Source of the DNA: Octopus sinensis
Taxonomy: Eukaryota
Direction of reading: 5' to 3'
Length of the DNA stretch: 64,000 nucleotides
NCBI RefSeq assembly: GCF_006345805.1
Contig: NC_043008.1
Coordinates: 36,766,001 to 36,830,000 of the forward strand
Position 1 is the stretch's first letter; each line of letters opens with the position of its first letter. Shown here in pieces: positions 1 through 13,099 of this stretch. Made by a program: the position numbers and the translations under genes. The notes below the pieces were generated by a model, which ran no database searches, was not told the DNA's origin, and saw nothing but the letters and a program-made list of their open reading frames with translations.

Positions 1-261
1 ACACGCAAGAAAAATCCCAAAATAAAAACAACAAAAATAACCCATTCCTTTCGCAAAATCTTTATTGTCGTTTCATCTTTGGTGCCAGAGCTGGAATTGG
101 AAAAAAAAATAATACAATCAAAATGTATGCAAAACTATGTAAATATACAGGAGTTAGCTCTTATAATTAAATAATTATGTGATAAGTAATAATAATAATA
201 CTAATACTAATAATAATAGTAATAGTAATAATAATAATAATAATAATAAAGATAAAGATAA

Positions 262-445
262 TAACAGTCCTTTCTATTATAGGCACAAGGCCTGAAATTT
301 ATGGGGAGGGGGACAATCAATTACATCGATCCCAATGCTCAACTGGTATATTTTTCATTGACCCCGAAAGGATGAAAGCAAATTTGACCTTAGCAAAATT
401 TGAACTCAAAATGTAGAGGTCATTGAAATGCCACTAAGCATTTTG
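262..445 (-). mobile_element. SINE family B (Deu/Nin-domain-like) degraded copy with (ATT)n tail
   Basis: Reverse complement of the body and tail seen in the + copies at 51420-51635 (gaatttgaactc... and gtcctttctattataggcacaaggcctgaaatt). A second partial copy of the tail follows at about 620-680. Confidence 0.7.
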
Positions 446-488
446 CTTGGCACACTAATGATTGTGCCAGCTTGCTTCATTCATGATG

Positions 489-539
<51 letters not shown>

Positions 540-562
540 GTAATGATGATGATGATGATAAC

Positions 563-611
<49 letters not shown>

Positions 612-681
612 GTAAAGATAATAGCAGTCCTTTCTATTATAGGCACAAGGTTTGAAATTTAGAGGGAGGGGGACAATCATA

Positions 682-1250
682 CCCTGATGCAGTACCAGGC
701 AGTGGCTCTTGTGGTTTCTGATTGGAACTGTTATCATGTTAACTAATTGGAAGTGTTATCATGTACATTGTTTTGTCTTGGTATAAAAGATGGGCTACAG
801 CAAATATTCAGCTCAATACCACAGATTTGCTTGTCAGTTGTTTGACCTTAACCAGTTGAGCATGTCCCTTAGTGGCTGACGATATGTGCATCTCTGATCA
901 CGAGCAGAAGTAGTGGGGGAGCATCATAGCCATGTGTTGAGAGGGATTCTTTGGGGTTGAATAATTCACCTCTGGAAACATAGGTGTTTCATTCAACATC
1001 CTTAAACAACTCTTATTCAGGGACCTTTTGAGTGGGCTGGGCTACTCAACCTGAAGAAAATTCTAACTGGGACCCACCTGCAAGGTCATGTGCTCTTTAT
1101 CTTGATATGAGATCACCATGTCGTGCACATACAGTTGTGATGCATGTGTCTGGTGTACCCTTATCAGACAGGTAGTCATGATGGGTATACTGGGCTTTGT
1201 ATATTTTACCCCAGTGTCACTTTGATGGCATGCACTGCTCTCTCACTCAA
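682..1250 (+). mobile_element. Discrete ~570-bp non-coding element with (AAT)n 3' tail (family C), copy 1
   Basis: Colinear reverse-complement match to 49307-49856 over the whole length. Starts ccctgatgcagtaccaggcagtggctct and ends ctctcactcaa followed by (taa)n. Confidence 0.8.
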
Positions 1251-1275
1251 TAATAATAATAATAATAATAATAAC

Positions 1276-1315
<40 letters not shown>

Positions 1316-2221
1316 TAATAATAATAATAATAAATGAATAAATAAATAATTATGAAAATGGAGAACATAAAGAACCTTTAACATGTGAGAGTGATAAAAC
1401 ACTGCTCCGAAACCTATCCAAAAACATTGGGAATAAAGACAGCAAATGGAGCCTAAAATAACTGACAAAGTGTTGGACTATATCCGAGTAAGTAATACTC
1501 GTTAAAATTTATTTATATTTCCTGAATGAAATGATGTATTTTAACTGTGTGTCACCTCCGACACTCGCACAACACATGTAAACATATTGGTCTATATCCG
1601 ATCAAGTACACATCACAAACACATAATTACATAAAATAATTAATTACATATACACCCCAGTTTTGCATGAACACATTTTAATATTTCAAAATAACATTAA
1701 GTAATGTGTAAACAAGTGCACACACACACACACACACACACATAAGCAAATTAAATAAAATCAAATGACAAAAACTAGTTATTATTGATCACAAAAGCAC
1801 TAAACAGAAATGTATATATTTCCCCCGGCATTAAACAAATATATACCCCGCCCCCATAGAAAAAACAGAGGTAGATAATAGTTTTCTGTTTGTTTCTTTG
1901 TCTCGTTTGACTACATTTATTTGTTTTTAAATATAGAAGTGGTGCTCTATCAAATTGTTTATGCTAACAGATAAGGCCCAGAGCCTAGTACTAACATGAA
2001 AGTGTTAATGACAACCAAAATTCATATTGGATCAGAGAAAATATTAATAATGACAAGTGGTGAAAAGTGAAAATAATAATATCAGTGATGATACTAATAA
2101 TAATGAAAGGAAGTGGTTGGAATCTCCCCATGTCTTGATCGATGATACATCTAGTGATGGTGTCACAATAAAAACACTGGTAATTGCACAACCTGATAAT
2201 CGCTACCTCATATAAGTGACA

Positions 2222-4306
2222 ATGAAAAAACAAAATGTTGTGAATAATGGTGGTAATGAAACTGAAGCCCTTGATCGTGACAGTGCTGGACCTGGCAGAC
2301 TCAGAGATACTAGTCCGGCTCCAGCCTGCAGTTATCCAGCAATGGACTAGCACACATGGAGTAGATGGAACAAACAAGTCAATGCTGTGGTCATGGAGTG
2401 GTACTACCTGAGCAACCCTGTAGACGAAATGGTGCTCATGCTAGAGGATACCGACAATGATCAATAGAGAGAAAAAGGATTGTTTCAACTCATGGAACAG
2501 AGATTAATGTAATCAAGCTAGAGCAATAAGAAAAAAAATCATTGGTTCACAGAAGTAGACCTCTAAGCTATCAAAAGACACGTATTGGAAAACAGCAGCA
2601 GAAGAAATGATGAAAATACAGTCATTACTGATGAAAGTAATCTCATAGCAGAAACCAGGTGAGATCTCTAATAAACCACAAGAAAAGAAACTGTGGTAGC
2701 TTGCTTGATGAGTGACATATAGATGGTCTGGAAGAAGACAATAAAACTAATGGTGACATTGTCATATGCGCAAAAAGCAATCTACAATAGAATAAAGCAA
2801 TGCTACAGGAGAACGAGAGTGACATTATTTGCAACCTTAAAAAGGTTGATCGGTGGAAATTGAACTAAGAAAAGAAAAATGTGAATGAAATTCTGATATA
2901 TATCAGAACAAAAATCATCACAGAACCAAATAATTTGATCAAGGCAGCAAGTATTTTTGTGGCAGAAAATGTGGGTGTTGATGTCAAGAAGAAGAAATAT
3001 AATGGGAGTGCCAAAAGAAAAGATCCATGGTGGAAAAGAAGAAAACAGGTGGGATTAAATATGTGCTCAAAGGACAAAAATACAGGGCACTGAATAGGAA
3101 GTATGATATTGAAAGAAAGGGCCTGAAAATGGTAATGGAGGAAATGAAACAATGCCTTGTTGCAAAGAAAGCAAACATGGTAAGATACGACATCTGAAAA
3201 AAGAATGGAGTCCTGCAACATAAGCGGAAGGGTTGCAAGTATAAGTGCAGAGGTATCAAGGATCAACTCCTGGTAGACAAAACTGTACTTAGAAACTACA
3301 AGTGGAGGAAAACTAATTTAGCCATGTCATGAATCGATTAATGTAAGGCATATGATATGATCCCACATTATTGGATTATGGAATATGTTAACCTATTTGG
3401 TATTGTATCGAATGTTGAGCGATTGCTTGGAAGAAGTATGCTGTAGTGGAGGATGGAATTGACAGCATGTGGAAGAAACTTAGGGACAAGAAAGCAGGAG
3501 AGGTATCTTCCAAGGGGATTGCCTTTGTACTGATCTTTGTACTGTGCATGATACCACTAACATCGATTCTGAGGAAGGCAAATGCTGAGTATGTATTCAA
3601 AAGTCATCAACAAAAAGTCAACCACTTGTTATTCATCGATAACTTCAACCTTAATGGTAAAGATAGATCCCAAGGTGGATTATTAGAAGGCAGTGAGCTG
3701 GCAGAATCGTTAGCACGCCGGGCGAAATGCTTTGCGGTATTTCGTTCGCTGCTACGTTCTGAGTTCAAATTCCACTGAGGTCAACTTTGCCTTTCATCAT
3801 CTCGGGGTCGATAAATTAAGTATCAGTGACGCACTGGGGTCGATGTAATCGACTTAATCCGTTTGTCTGTACTTGTTTAGCCCCTTGTGGGCAATAAAGA
3901 AATAGGTAAAGATAGATCCCAAGTCAGTTCCCTTGTTGATACAATGTATACTTTCAATGCTGATAACAGAATGGAGTTTGAACTGAAAAAGTGTGGGGTG
4001 TTAGTCTTGAAGAGAGGCAAACTTAAATGTATTTACGGGCTAGTGATACTGTTGGGGGAGTTTATGAAGCAAATAGAAGAGATGGGCTTCTGTACAAGCA
4101 CTTGAGAATGAATGAAACTGAAAATAGGTGGATAAAGAAAAGAATGCATGGACGATTTTGATAGGGATGTTGAATGTAAGACAGACACAGAAAAAAGATG
4201 ACTATGAATGACTAAAAGTGATTTAAAACTGGAAACAGTGGCTCTAATCTGTGCTGCCCATGAGCAAGCATTAAGAACCAATTACATCAAATAGAGAATA
4301 GACAAC
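2222..4306 (+). mobile_element. Decayed R4/Dong-clade (RLE) non-LTR retrotransposon, internally deleted
   Basis: Hand translation gives WNKQVNAVVMEWYYLSNP, NNLIKAASIFVAE..KDPWWKRR, KAYDMIPHYWIME, GIFQGDCL, FVLCMIPLTSILRK..KVNHLLFIDN (degenerate YxDD box), MEFELKKCGVLVLKRGK and DLKLETVALICAAHEQALRTNYIK*RID, all typical of R4/Dong ORFs. Many stops and frameshifts. Confidence 0.88.
3675..3904 (+). mobile_element. SINE family B monomer inserted in the Dong RT with a 19-bp TSD
   Basis: Perfect direct repeat ggtaaagatagatcccaag at 3656-3674 and 3905-3923. Head gagctggcagaatcgttagc, B-box-like gagttcaaattcc, core gcctttcatc..ggggtcgataaattaagt. Confidence 0.92.
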
Positions 4307-4984
4307 ATATATTGTTGAGGTTAGGAAATTGTAAGATCTTGCATAAGAAGTTCTTGTGTTAAATATAGGGCGAATGATGGGTCCATGTCATCTGGACCAT
4401 TGGGATATAATGCTCTGTGAAGTCTATCTGCAATTTGAACAATTATTCTATTGTTTTCATACTGCTTAAAATGTGATCCCATTTTCCTTCCTCTTCTGTA
4501 CTTTGTTTTGATATTCCTTGTGTATATTGTTTATTTGTTCTGTTAGAACTATGTTTTTGCTTGTGATTGGCTGTGATTGCTTGTGATGTCAGCTGTTAGC
4601 TCTATCTCTTCAGTCATTGGCTCTCCTACATATGCTATTTTCTCTTCTTCAGCAGAAAGAGTTCCTTCTTTGCAGGCAGTATACCCCCACCTCATGTTCT
4701 TTTTTTTTTAGCTTTTTTATTGTTTTCTTACTCTGTCTATTTTTTTCCTTCTTTTTTCTATGAAGTCTGTTTCTCCTCATCAGCCTCTTTGACTGATTTT
4801 TACTTGGTAAATGGATGGACTGGTACTGCTATGATAGGTTGCTTCCTGGTTGTTTTGTGTTAGTTGTTGTTGCTGTGTTTGGTTCTCCTTGTCTTCATGA
4901 CCACAACCACCATAACCATAAACTGTAACCATTACCAATATGACCACCACAACGTCCACCACAAACACCACCACCACCATAAGG

Positions 4985-5150
4985 TTAGCTTGGGAGGTTA
5001 AGTAGTTGTGGTCGCTGAAAAGGTGATAGTAGTACCAATAATTGTTGGAGCCCTGGAAACAGTGAGTAAAAGTCTTGTGAAGTCTTGAGAAGTACATGGA
5101 ACAAATAGGGCCTGCAATATATAGGGGCTGCAATAAATAGGGGCTGCAGA
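4985..5150 (+). mobile_element. R4/Dong RLE-domain C-terminal fragment
   Basis: Translates to LAWEVK*LWSLK..VVPIIVGAL(E)TVSKSL..EKYMEQIG. May be the continuation of the 2222-4306 element. Confidence 0.65.
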
Positions 5151-5989
5151 AACCACCACCACCATCACAGTCACCACCAGTGTGTCCTTGGGCCCTGGAT
5201 GCCCTTAATGGATAAATCTGATTCTCGAGGCCATGAAAAAGTTAAAGGATGTTGGATGATACCTTTTCCTTTGAATAAGCATTAAAAAACAAAACCCACC
5301 AAAAAACAACAGAAACAAAGGAACTCAGCAAAAAAAGAAAGACAATATATAAAATGGCAAATACCTATCTAAAAAAAGAAACACAGACTCCATGAATATC
5401 TCGTGGTTGAGTTGTTAGTTATACAAGACATCATCCCTTTGTAAAAACGCAGTTGTTCTTAATCAGTAAACCATTCTAATGATGCAAATTCCTATTTCTT
5501 CAAATGGATGCAGAAAGAAGGAAATAGAAATAATATGATTATTATGAATTTGGTTAGTTGAATGTCACATGACTGTCCATCACTACTACTACTACTACTA
5601 CTACTCCTCCTCACGTGCACACATGTACACACACACACACACACACCTGATAAAACTGGGTTCCATAATTCTTACATGTATTTGTACTTTGTAATTCCTT
5701 TTTGTTTTATTTAAGAAGTTTACATAGATGTATGTATATACATGTATGTATGTGCATGTGTATATATATATGTATGTGCATGTGTGTGTGTGTGTGTGCA
5801 TGTATGTATGTATGCATGTATGTATCCCTATCTTAAATATATCTGTCTCTCTATCTATGTATCGATCTATCTATCTTTCTTATTATTGATATATATGTAT
5901 ATATATATATCAATAATTATATCTAAATATATTAATCTCTCTTCCCCTTTCTCACTCTCTCTCTCTCTCCCTGTATTTATGTACATACA

Positions 5990-6025
<36 letters not shown>

Positions 6026-6091
6026 TACATATATAGATATAGATATATATATATATTGTATGTATATGTGTGAATGTGTATGTGTATGTGA

Positions 6092-6162
<71 letters not shown>

Positions 6163-6427
6163 TCTAGAAACCTATATACATAATTCTCTTACACTTCTCT
6201 TTCTTTCTCTCTCTCTCTCTCTCTCTCTCCATATATATATGCATATATACATAGATATACATGTGAGTATGTGTGTGTGGTTTGTGAAATATTCCTCCGT
6301 TTGATACTCAATGTACTTTTAACATGGAATGATATTTGTATAAAATTTGCCTTTCTGTGTGTGACTGTGTGTGTGGGCGTGTGGATATATGTGGATATAT
6401 ATGGATGTGTGTGTGTGTGTGTGTGTG

Positions 6428-6458
<31 letters not shown>

Positions 6459-7234
6459 TTTGTGTATGTTGTTGCCTAATCATCATACATAAAGTATTTT
6501 TAACATGGAATGTTATTCATGAATAATACTTTTGCTATTGTTAATATTTTAGAAATATTTTTTAGACTTTTTCTTTATATGAATATATTTTTTTTTACCT
6601 TGTTTTGATATTCTTGAAGAAAAAACAAGAAAATTTTCTATCATCAGCTGACTGAAAACAGTCTTAAACAGAGGAAATATTACTTGATTTTGAAATTGTA
6701 TTTATCCGAATTTATTATTATTATTGTAGTCGTTGTTGTTGTTGTTGCTACTGATGTTGGTTTTGTTGCGGTGGGTGTTGTTCTTGTATTTCCAGTTTGG
6801 TATCAAAGTGAAAAGAAATTGAAAAAATAACTTTTAAAATATTTGAAAATGGTTTTTTTTTTTAATACGTGTCTATGTGTATGTATGCGTAGACATACTC
6901 AAACACACACACACACACGCACACACATGTATGTATGTGTATCTGTATATCTCCATGTGTGAATATCTGTATAGTTTTGTGGATGTGTGTATATGTATGT
7001 GTGTATACACACACACACATATATAATACATATATATACATATATGTACATACACATACACACACACATATACATGCACAAATATATACATGTATGTATA
7101 TATATGTATTTATATATATGCACACATATACATACATACATACATATATATACCTGTATATATATATATTTATATTCACCTACACCACTAAATGGCATAT
7201 ACAGGTGCTTACAATTATCAAGTATTCACCCTGA

Positions 7235-7265
<31 letters not shown>

Positions 7266-7369
7266 CACTCACACTCTCACACACATATATGCATATGTAT
7301 GCCTATATATATACATACATGCACACACACACACACATATTTAAAGATATATATTATAGAAATTGCAGA

Positions 7370-7722
7370 TGTGTTACCAGTGCCGGTGGCATGTAAGAGA
7401 ACCTTCCGTTTCGCGACCGTTGCCAGCACCGCCCCGTTTCGTGTCCGTTGCCAGCCTCGCCTGGCCCTCGTGCCAGTGGCACATAAAAAGCACCATCCGT
7501 TCGTGGCCGTTTGCCAGCTCTGTCTGGCACCTGTGCGGGTGGCACGTAAAAAGCACCCACTACACTCTCAGAGTGGTTGGCGTTAGGAAGGGCATCCAGC
7601 CGTAGAAACACTGCCAGATTTGACTGGGCCTGATGAAGCCTTCTGGCTTCACAGACCCCAGTAGAACCGTCCAACCCATGTTAGCATGGAAAACGGACGC
7701 TAAACGATGATGATGATGATGA
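7370..7722 (+). mobile_element. Short element sharing the RTE 3' end, with (GAT)n tail
   Basis: ttggcgttaggaagggcatccagc ... ccaacccatgttagcatggaaaacggacgctaaac(gat)n matches the 3' UTR of the RTE at 60640-62127. Internal gtgcc..gtggcac repeats. Confidence 0.8.
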
Positions 7723-7790
7723 TGATGATATATATACATACTACATATATATATGTGTAGACATATACGGATACATACATATTTACATAC

Positions 7791-7837
<47 letters not shown>

Positions 7838-8568
7838 ATATATGCATACATATATATGCTACATATATATGTGTGTCTGTGTATGTACATATGTTCGTAC
7901 ATGCATAGATATTAATATATATATTTATACGTGTGAGTGTGTGTATGTATATATTTTTCTACAGCTATATATATGAAGCAGAACAACAAGAAAACTTTGA
8001 AACAAAGAAATTCTCATGTCTGTATATATGAATTGAGATGTGACTTACATAACACATATTGAGTGCACCTTGTGTTTTATGTTTCTGTGTACTCTGGCTT
8101 TCTATTGGTCTGTTTTCTGATTGTCTTTGGGTGCCACAATTATTTTTTTATGTTATCGTTTATTATTATTATTGTTGTTGTTGTTGTTTTATATAATGCT
8201 TTGAGACAGTTTCCTTGCTTATTTAACTTTATGAGTTTCTTTACAGCCATCTCTGTTTTCCGTAATGACTTCTTATTATTTTGGCTAAAGGCTATACATT
8301 TTGTAGACAGGGAAATCAGTAGTTAATTGAATTATGCCAAGTACATGCTCAGTATTTGTTTTAGCAACCCTTGTAAAGATGAAAGGCAAATTCAACCCTA
8401 GTGAGATTTGAACCTGGATCATAGGTGTTTGAGGATGTGCTTTGACTCACTTTATTATTTCTTATAAATTGATAATACTTTTTATTTCTTCTGATAAAAT
8501 TTTAATAGTCATGGGTCCAAAATCACTAGGCTGGGTTCGATACTATGTCAGGGGGTCAGTACTGTGTT

Positions 8569-9233
8569 GAAGATCACTTGGTACTGGGTCAAGGATCACT
8601 TGGTACTGGGTTGAGGATCATTTGGTACTGGGTCGAGGGTCACTTGGTACTGGGTCAAGGATCATTTGGTACTGTGTTAAGGATCATTTGGTACTGGGTT
8701 GAGGATCACTAAGTACTTGGTTGAGGATCACTTGGTACTGTTTTGAGGATCATTTGGTACTGGGTCGAGGATCATTTGGTTCTATGTTGAGGATCACTTG
8801 GTACTGGGTTGAGGATCATTTGGTACTGGGGTGAAGATCACTTGGTACTGTGTTGAGGATCACTTGGTACTGGGGCATGGATCACTTGGTACTGGGTTGA
8901 GGATCACTTGGTACTGTTTTGAGGATCATTTGGTACTGGGTTGAGGATCATTTGGTTCTGTGTTGAGGATCATTTGGTACTGGGTCGAGGATCATTTGGT
9001 ACTGGGTTGAGGATCACTTGGTACTGGGTTGAGGGTCACTTAGTACTGTGTTGAGGATCACTTGGTACTGGGTCGAGGATCATTTGGTACTGGGTGGTTG
9101 AGGATCACTTGGTACTGGGTTGAGGGTCACTTGGTACTGTGTTGAGGATCACTTGGTACTGGGTCGAGGATCATTTGGTACTGGGTGGTTGAGGATCACT
9201 TGGTACTGGGTTGAGGGTCACTTGGTACTGGGT
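8569..9233. repeat. 22-bp minisatellite, about 30 copies (tgaggatcacttggtactgggt)
   Basis: Directly visible tandem array with variants (cat/cac, gtgt/gggt, occasional 3-bp gtg insertion). Confidence 0.95.
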
Positions 9234-9287
9234 CACAATGGAAGAATACATTTTAAACTTTTATTTCTGTTTTATGGGATGGAAAGT

Positions 9288-9640
9288 AGTTCTAGGATGG
9301 CACGGTAATTGAAAATAATATTAGTTGTCTCTGTGGTTGAATCAGTTTGATTATATGTTGCTGAAACGTGGACCCTCAGCAAGGTCTACCCTTATCAAGA
9401 TCTACCCATAGTGACTGAGAAGATTCAGCAGAGAAGAATGAGAATTGTTGGTCATTCCATCAGGCACCCAGAAGAATCTGTGTGTCAACTGGTCTCATGG
9501 CAGTCATTTGAGGGAAGAATCAACAGAAGAAAATGTCTGACCTATGTAGACAACTTGCTTCAGGACAGTAAAATGGCAAATATTGATGAATTAAGAACAT
9601 GCATGGGGGGACCATGATGTGTGGTATGCTTTTCTGAAAT
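9288..9640 (+). mobile_element. RTE-clade LINE 3' ORF fragment (second RTE family)
   Basis: LKIILVVSVVESV*LYVAETWTLSK, then TEKIQQRRMRIVGHSIRHPEESVCQLVSWQ..LTYVDNLLQD..ELRTCM, matching RTE C-terminal motifs (LLYGxETWTL, RRLRLxGHxxRH). Confidence 0.8.
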
Positions 9641-10827
9641 AATTGAAGCATCTGGGAGGACAGCTGAACTAAACTAACTTTATTGAGTATTGCAGTCTGC
9701 AGGAAATTTTTGCATTATACATATATATGTAATATATGTACTAGCTGGCCCTATGCCATCGAAAATGTTGGGTAATTGTAGTATTTTATATATAAACATG
9801 GTACAAAACCGAGCTTTTAGTTTAATAATTCTTTTATTACCAAATTTATAATATAACTTTCAACTGCAGTCATTTTATATTCTTGATACGCTCAGGCAAT
9901 AATTATTTTCTCTGTTGAGTTTGTATACGTCTATGTTTGTGTAGGTGTGTGTGTGTGTGATTGTAATAATTATTTTTAACAAAACAGACAGAATATGGAT
10001 GATAAATCAAATTAATCCCCTTGTCAATGTTATCTAGTGGTTGTCTTTTGAGATGTAATAATAATCATCGTTTGTTGCTGAAAGAATGCTGGTTCACTCA
10101 TACATTCACATACTTCCCCTGTACATGCACACACGAACACACATATACTCACACAGAGTTGAAACGCTGTTTGATTTTTTTTCAGTGATATATGTTCACC
10201 ATCCCATTTCCATTGCACACACACTCACACACACACACACACAAACATTCACACATCTTCCTTTTACATACACACACATATACCCACACAGATTTGAAAC
10301 GCTTTTTGATTTTTTTTTCACTGAAGAAATTCCACCATCCCACTACCAGTTTGCCATTGTTGTGATTTTCCTTGGACATGGCATGAAAAATCACCAATAT
10401 CTCAAAGGAGTGAGTGTCGTGGAGTTAAGTTACATCCAACAAACACTGAAGTTTTTCCCAAAATCCAGGGTTTTTATAACTGCTCAACTTGACTTAAAAG
10501 AATCGAAATCCCATACAAATATTCTTTACTAATTCTTAGAATTTATATATGAGCAGTTATATTAACCATTGGAAAAACGACAATAATATTTCTTCGGCAA
10601 TACAACATTACGTCATATTGCCAGCTACCACAAATTGGCGCCTTATTTTAAAATGGATAAAATGGCTACTTGCAACACCATCACCCCTTCCTTTCTCATT
10701 CATATGTTGTGATGGAGAAAAACACATGAGTATTATTATAGTAGATTAAATATGTAATAATTGAATTCTATATTATATGCTTTATTGTGATTTGATATGT
10801 GAATAGTCCATAAAAGAGTTGTCATAC

Positions 10828-10868
10828 ATGAAACTGGTCCCTGTTACATAAAAGTTTGGGGACCACTG
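10828..10868 (+). mobile_element. Possible hAT (Charlie/MER1-like) right terminus fragment
   Basis: actggtccctgttacataaaagtttggggaccactg resembles the GGTCCCTG..AAAAAGGTTGGGGACCxCTG terminus. No left end found. Confidence 0.45.
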
Positions 10869-11517
10869 ATCTACAATAAAAAACCAGTTCTGCTTTGACC
10901 CTTTCTCTTGTATTTTACCCATCTCTGCTCCTCATCTCCTTGGCATTTTTAATTTTCTAAGTTGCTTGGTAGCCTCAGTAGAGCTGATAGCATGATAAAA
11001 GTATCCATGATGTAAAGTGGTTGGCATTAGCAAAGGCATCCAGCTGTAGAAACCATGCTGAAGGGGACATTGAAGCACAAAGCGGTCCTTGTACCCATCA
11101 AATTTTTGTCAAACCATCAAACCCATGGCAGCATGGAATGGGGATATTAAATAATGGTGATGATTATGGTGAAACTGATGATAGTACATTTCTGTGTTCT
11201 GTCTAATTGCATGGATTATATAAAGTCCCAAAATTCAGATATCACAAAGAGACAGCAGACTCAGTTCATTGGACATCCTAGAACGAGACAAAGCTTTCTG
11301 TTCTTGGTGCCAGCTCAGAAATGGAAAGGAAGAAGTAATCAAGGAAGGCGCATGGTGGCTTTACCAGCTGACTTCAGAAATACCGACCCAATCAATGTGT
11401 TACGTTGCCAATATTTTAGACATAGTACATGAAGAGAGTGAGGGAGACGAGAGTGAAAGAGAGAGAGAGAGATAAGAAACACTTCAAATACAGAGATTTG
11501 AGAGAGAGAGAAAGAGA

Positions 11518-11553
<36 letters not shown>

Positions 11554-11784
11554 CTGATTGCATTATCTCCATTTTGGGTTGTGCATTATTTAATCTCTTC
11601 GTTAGTTATAAATATGCTAAATATTATTTATGCGTGACTTAATACACAATTTGTAACATTGCATATAAATGTATACCTTTTTCTATCCATCCATCCATCC
11701 ATCCATTTATCTATATATATATGAGTGATGGAGAAACGATGATGATCATACACACACACACAAACACCCTAGTATATACATATA

Positions 11785-12135
11785 TCATCATCATCATCAT
11801 CATAATTTTAATGTCCATTGACCATGCTGGCATGTGTTGGGAAGTTTGACCAGGGTTGGTAAGTTGGGTGGGATGGGGGATCTGCAACAGACTCCAGTCT
11901 GATTTGGCATGGTTTTGATGGCTGGATGCTCTTCCTAATGCCAACCACTCTGGGAGTGTAATGGGTGCTTTTATGAGCCACTGGCATAAGTGCCAGTTGT
12001 ATGGCACCAGTATCTGCGATGACTATGATTTTAGTTGCCTTGTTGGATCTTCTATTCAAGTGTGGCATATTGCCAAAGGTCTCATTCATTTGTCATTGCG
12101 TCCATGAGGCCCAACACTTGAAAGGTGCTTCTTAC
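11785..12135 (-). mobile_element. 5'-truncated RTE copy (3' UTR plus last codons)
   Basis: (cat)n tail and RTE 3' UTR, plus ccaaaggtctc..gtcattgcgtccatgaggcccaac matching the ORF end at about 61190-61235. Confidence 0.75.
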
Positions 12136-12177
12136 ATACCACCGGCACAGATGCCAAGATACATATATATGCTGAGA

Positions 12178-12484
12178 CCCCCTTCAGTTGTGACTGACCA
12201 TGGGATTGAACCTTGGAAGTTACCCTCCCAGGCACAAATCCAGGCAGTTGCCCATGCATACCGGCCTCCACTCTCCATGCCACCAGTGTTACCCAAGGGA
12301 AAGGCAAAGGCCGATATAGCTTGGCACCTGTGACGTCGCAACTCATTTCTGCAGCTGAGTGAACTGGAGCAATGTAAAATAAAGTGTCTTGCTCAAGAAC
12401 ACAACACGCAGCCCTTTCCAGGATTCAAACTTACAACCTCGCTATCATTAGTTTGATGCTCCAACCACTGAGCCATGCACCTTC
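12178..12484 (-). mobile_element. tRNA-derived SINE family D
   Basis: Reverse complement of 21745-22060 (head tggctcagtgg, ttgtgttcttgagc, cagctg..aaatgagttgcgacgtc). Confidence 0.8.
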
Positions 12485-13099
12485 ACACACATATATAATG
12501 TATAAATATGTATACACATACAGTTCTATGGATACATCTATATTCAACGGTCTACCTTTTGATATTTTTCTCCCTGAAAATATTTGTAACATCAGCAGAA
12601 GGGTCTTTTCGTCCAAAGCCAGACTTGCTGTTTATGTGAGATCTTATGACAGCATTTACTAATTGAAGAGATGGCCTTCTTCTGTAAAGAAGTGGAAATC
12701 ACCATATATGTGTGTTTGTGTGTGTATGTAAAAAGAAAGAGGTAGTCAGAATTTTGGATAATCATTTATTTAGCACTTTCATCTGTTTTTCAGAGAAGGA
12801 TCATGAATGATTAATTTACATAAAAATTCATGCCTTTTACTTATATAAATGTGTAGTTCAATTGGGAAGAGAACGTTCTTTATTATTTTGAATCTATATA
12901 TGTGTGTCTGTGTGCATGTGTAAAGAATGTGTGTGTAGTGAATTTTTGATATGAAGAACAATTCAAAACAATTGATGCTGTTGTTTGCTGAAATCTCAGA
13001 ATGAAGTGATAGCCATCGCCAAGAAAAACTACAACAACTATGGAAAGAAGAGACCAAACAAGAAGAGGAAAAACCCAGATAATGTGAGAACAACAAGAG

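Noticed and set aside
8569-9233. CRISPR-like array
   Set aside because: Contiguous tandem units without unique spacers, in eukaryotic DNA.
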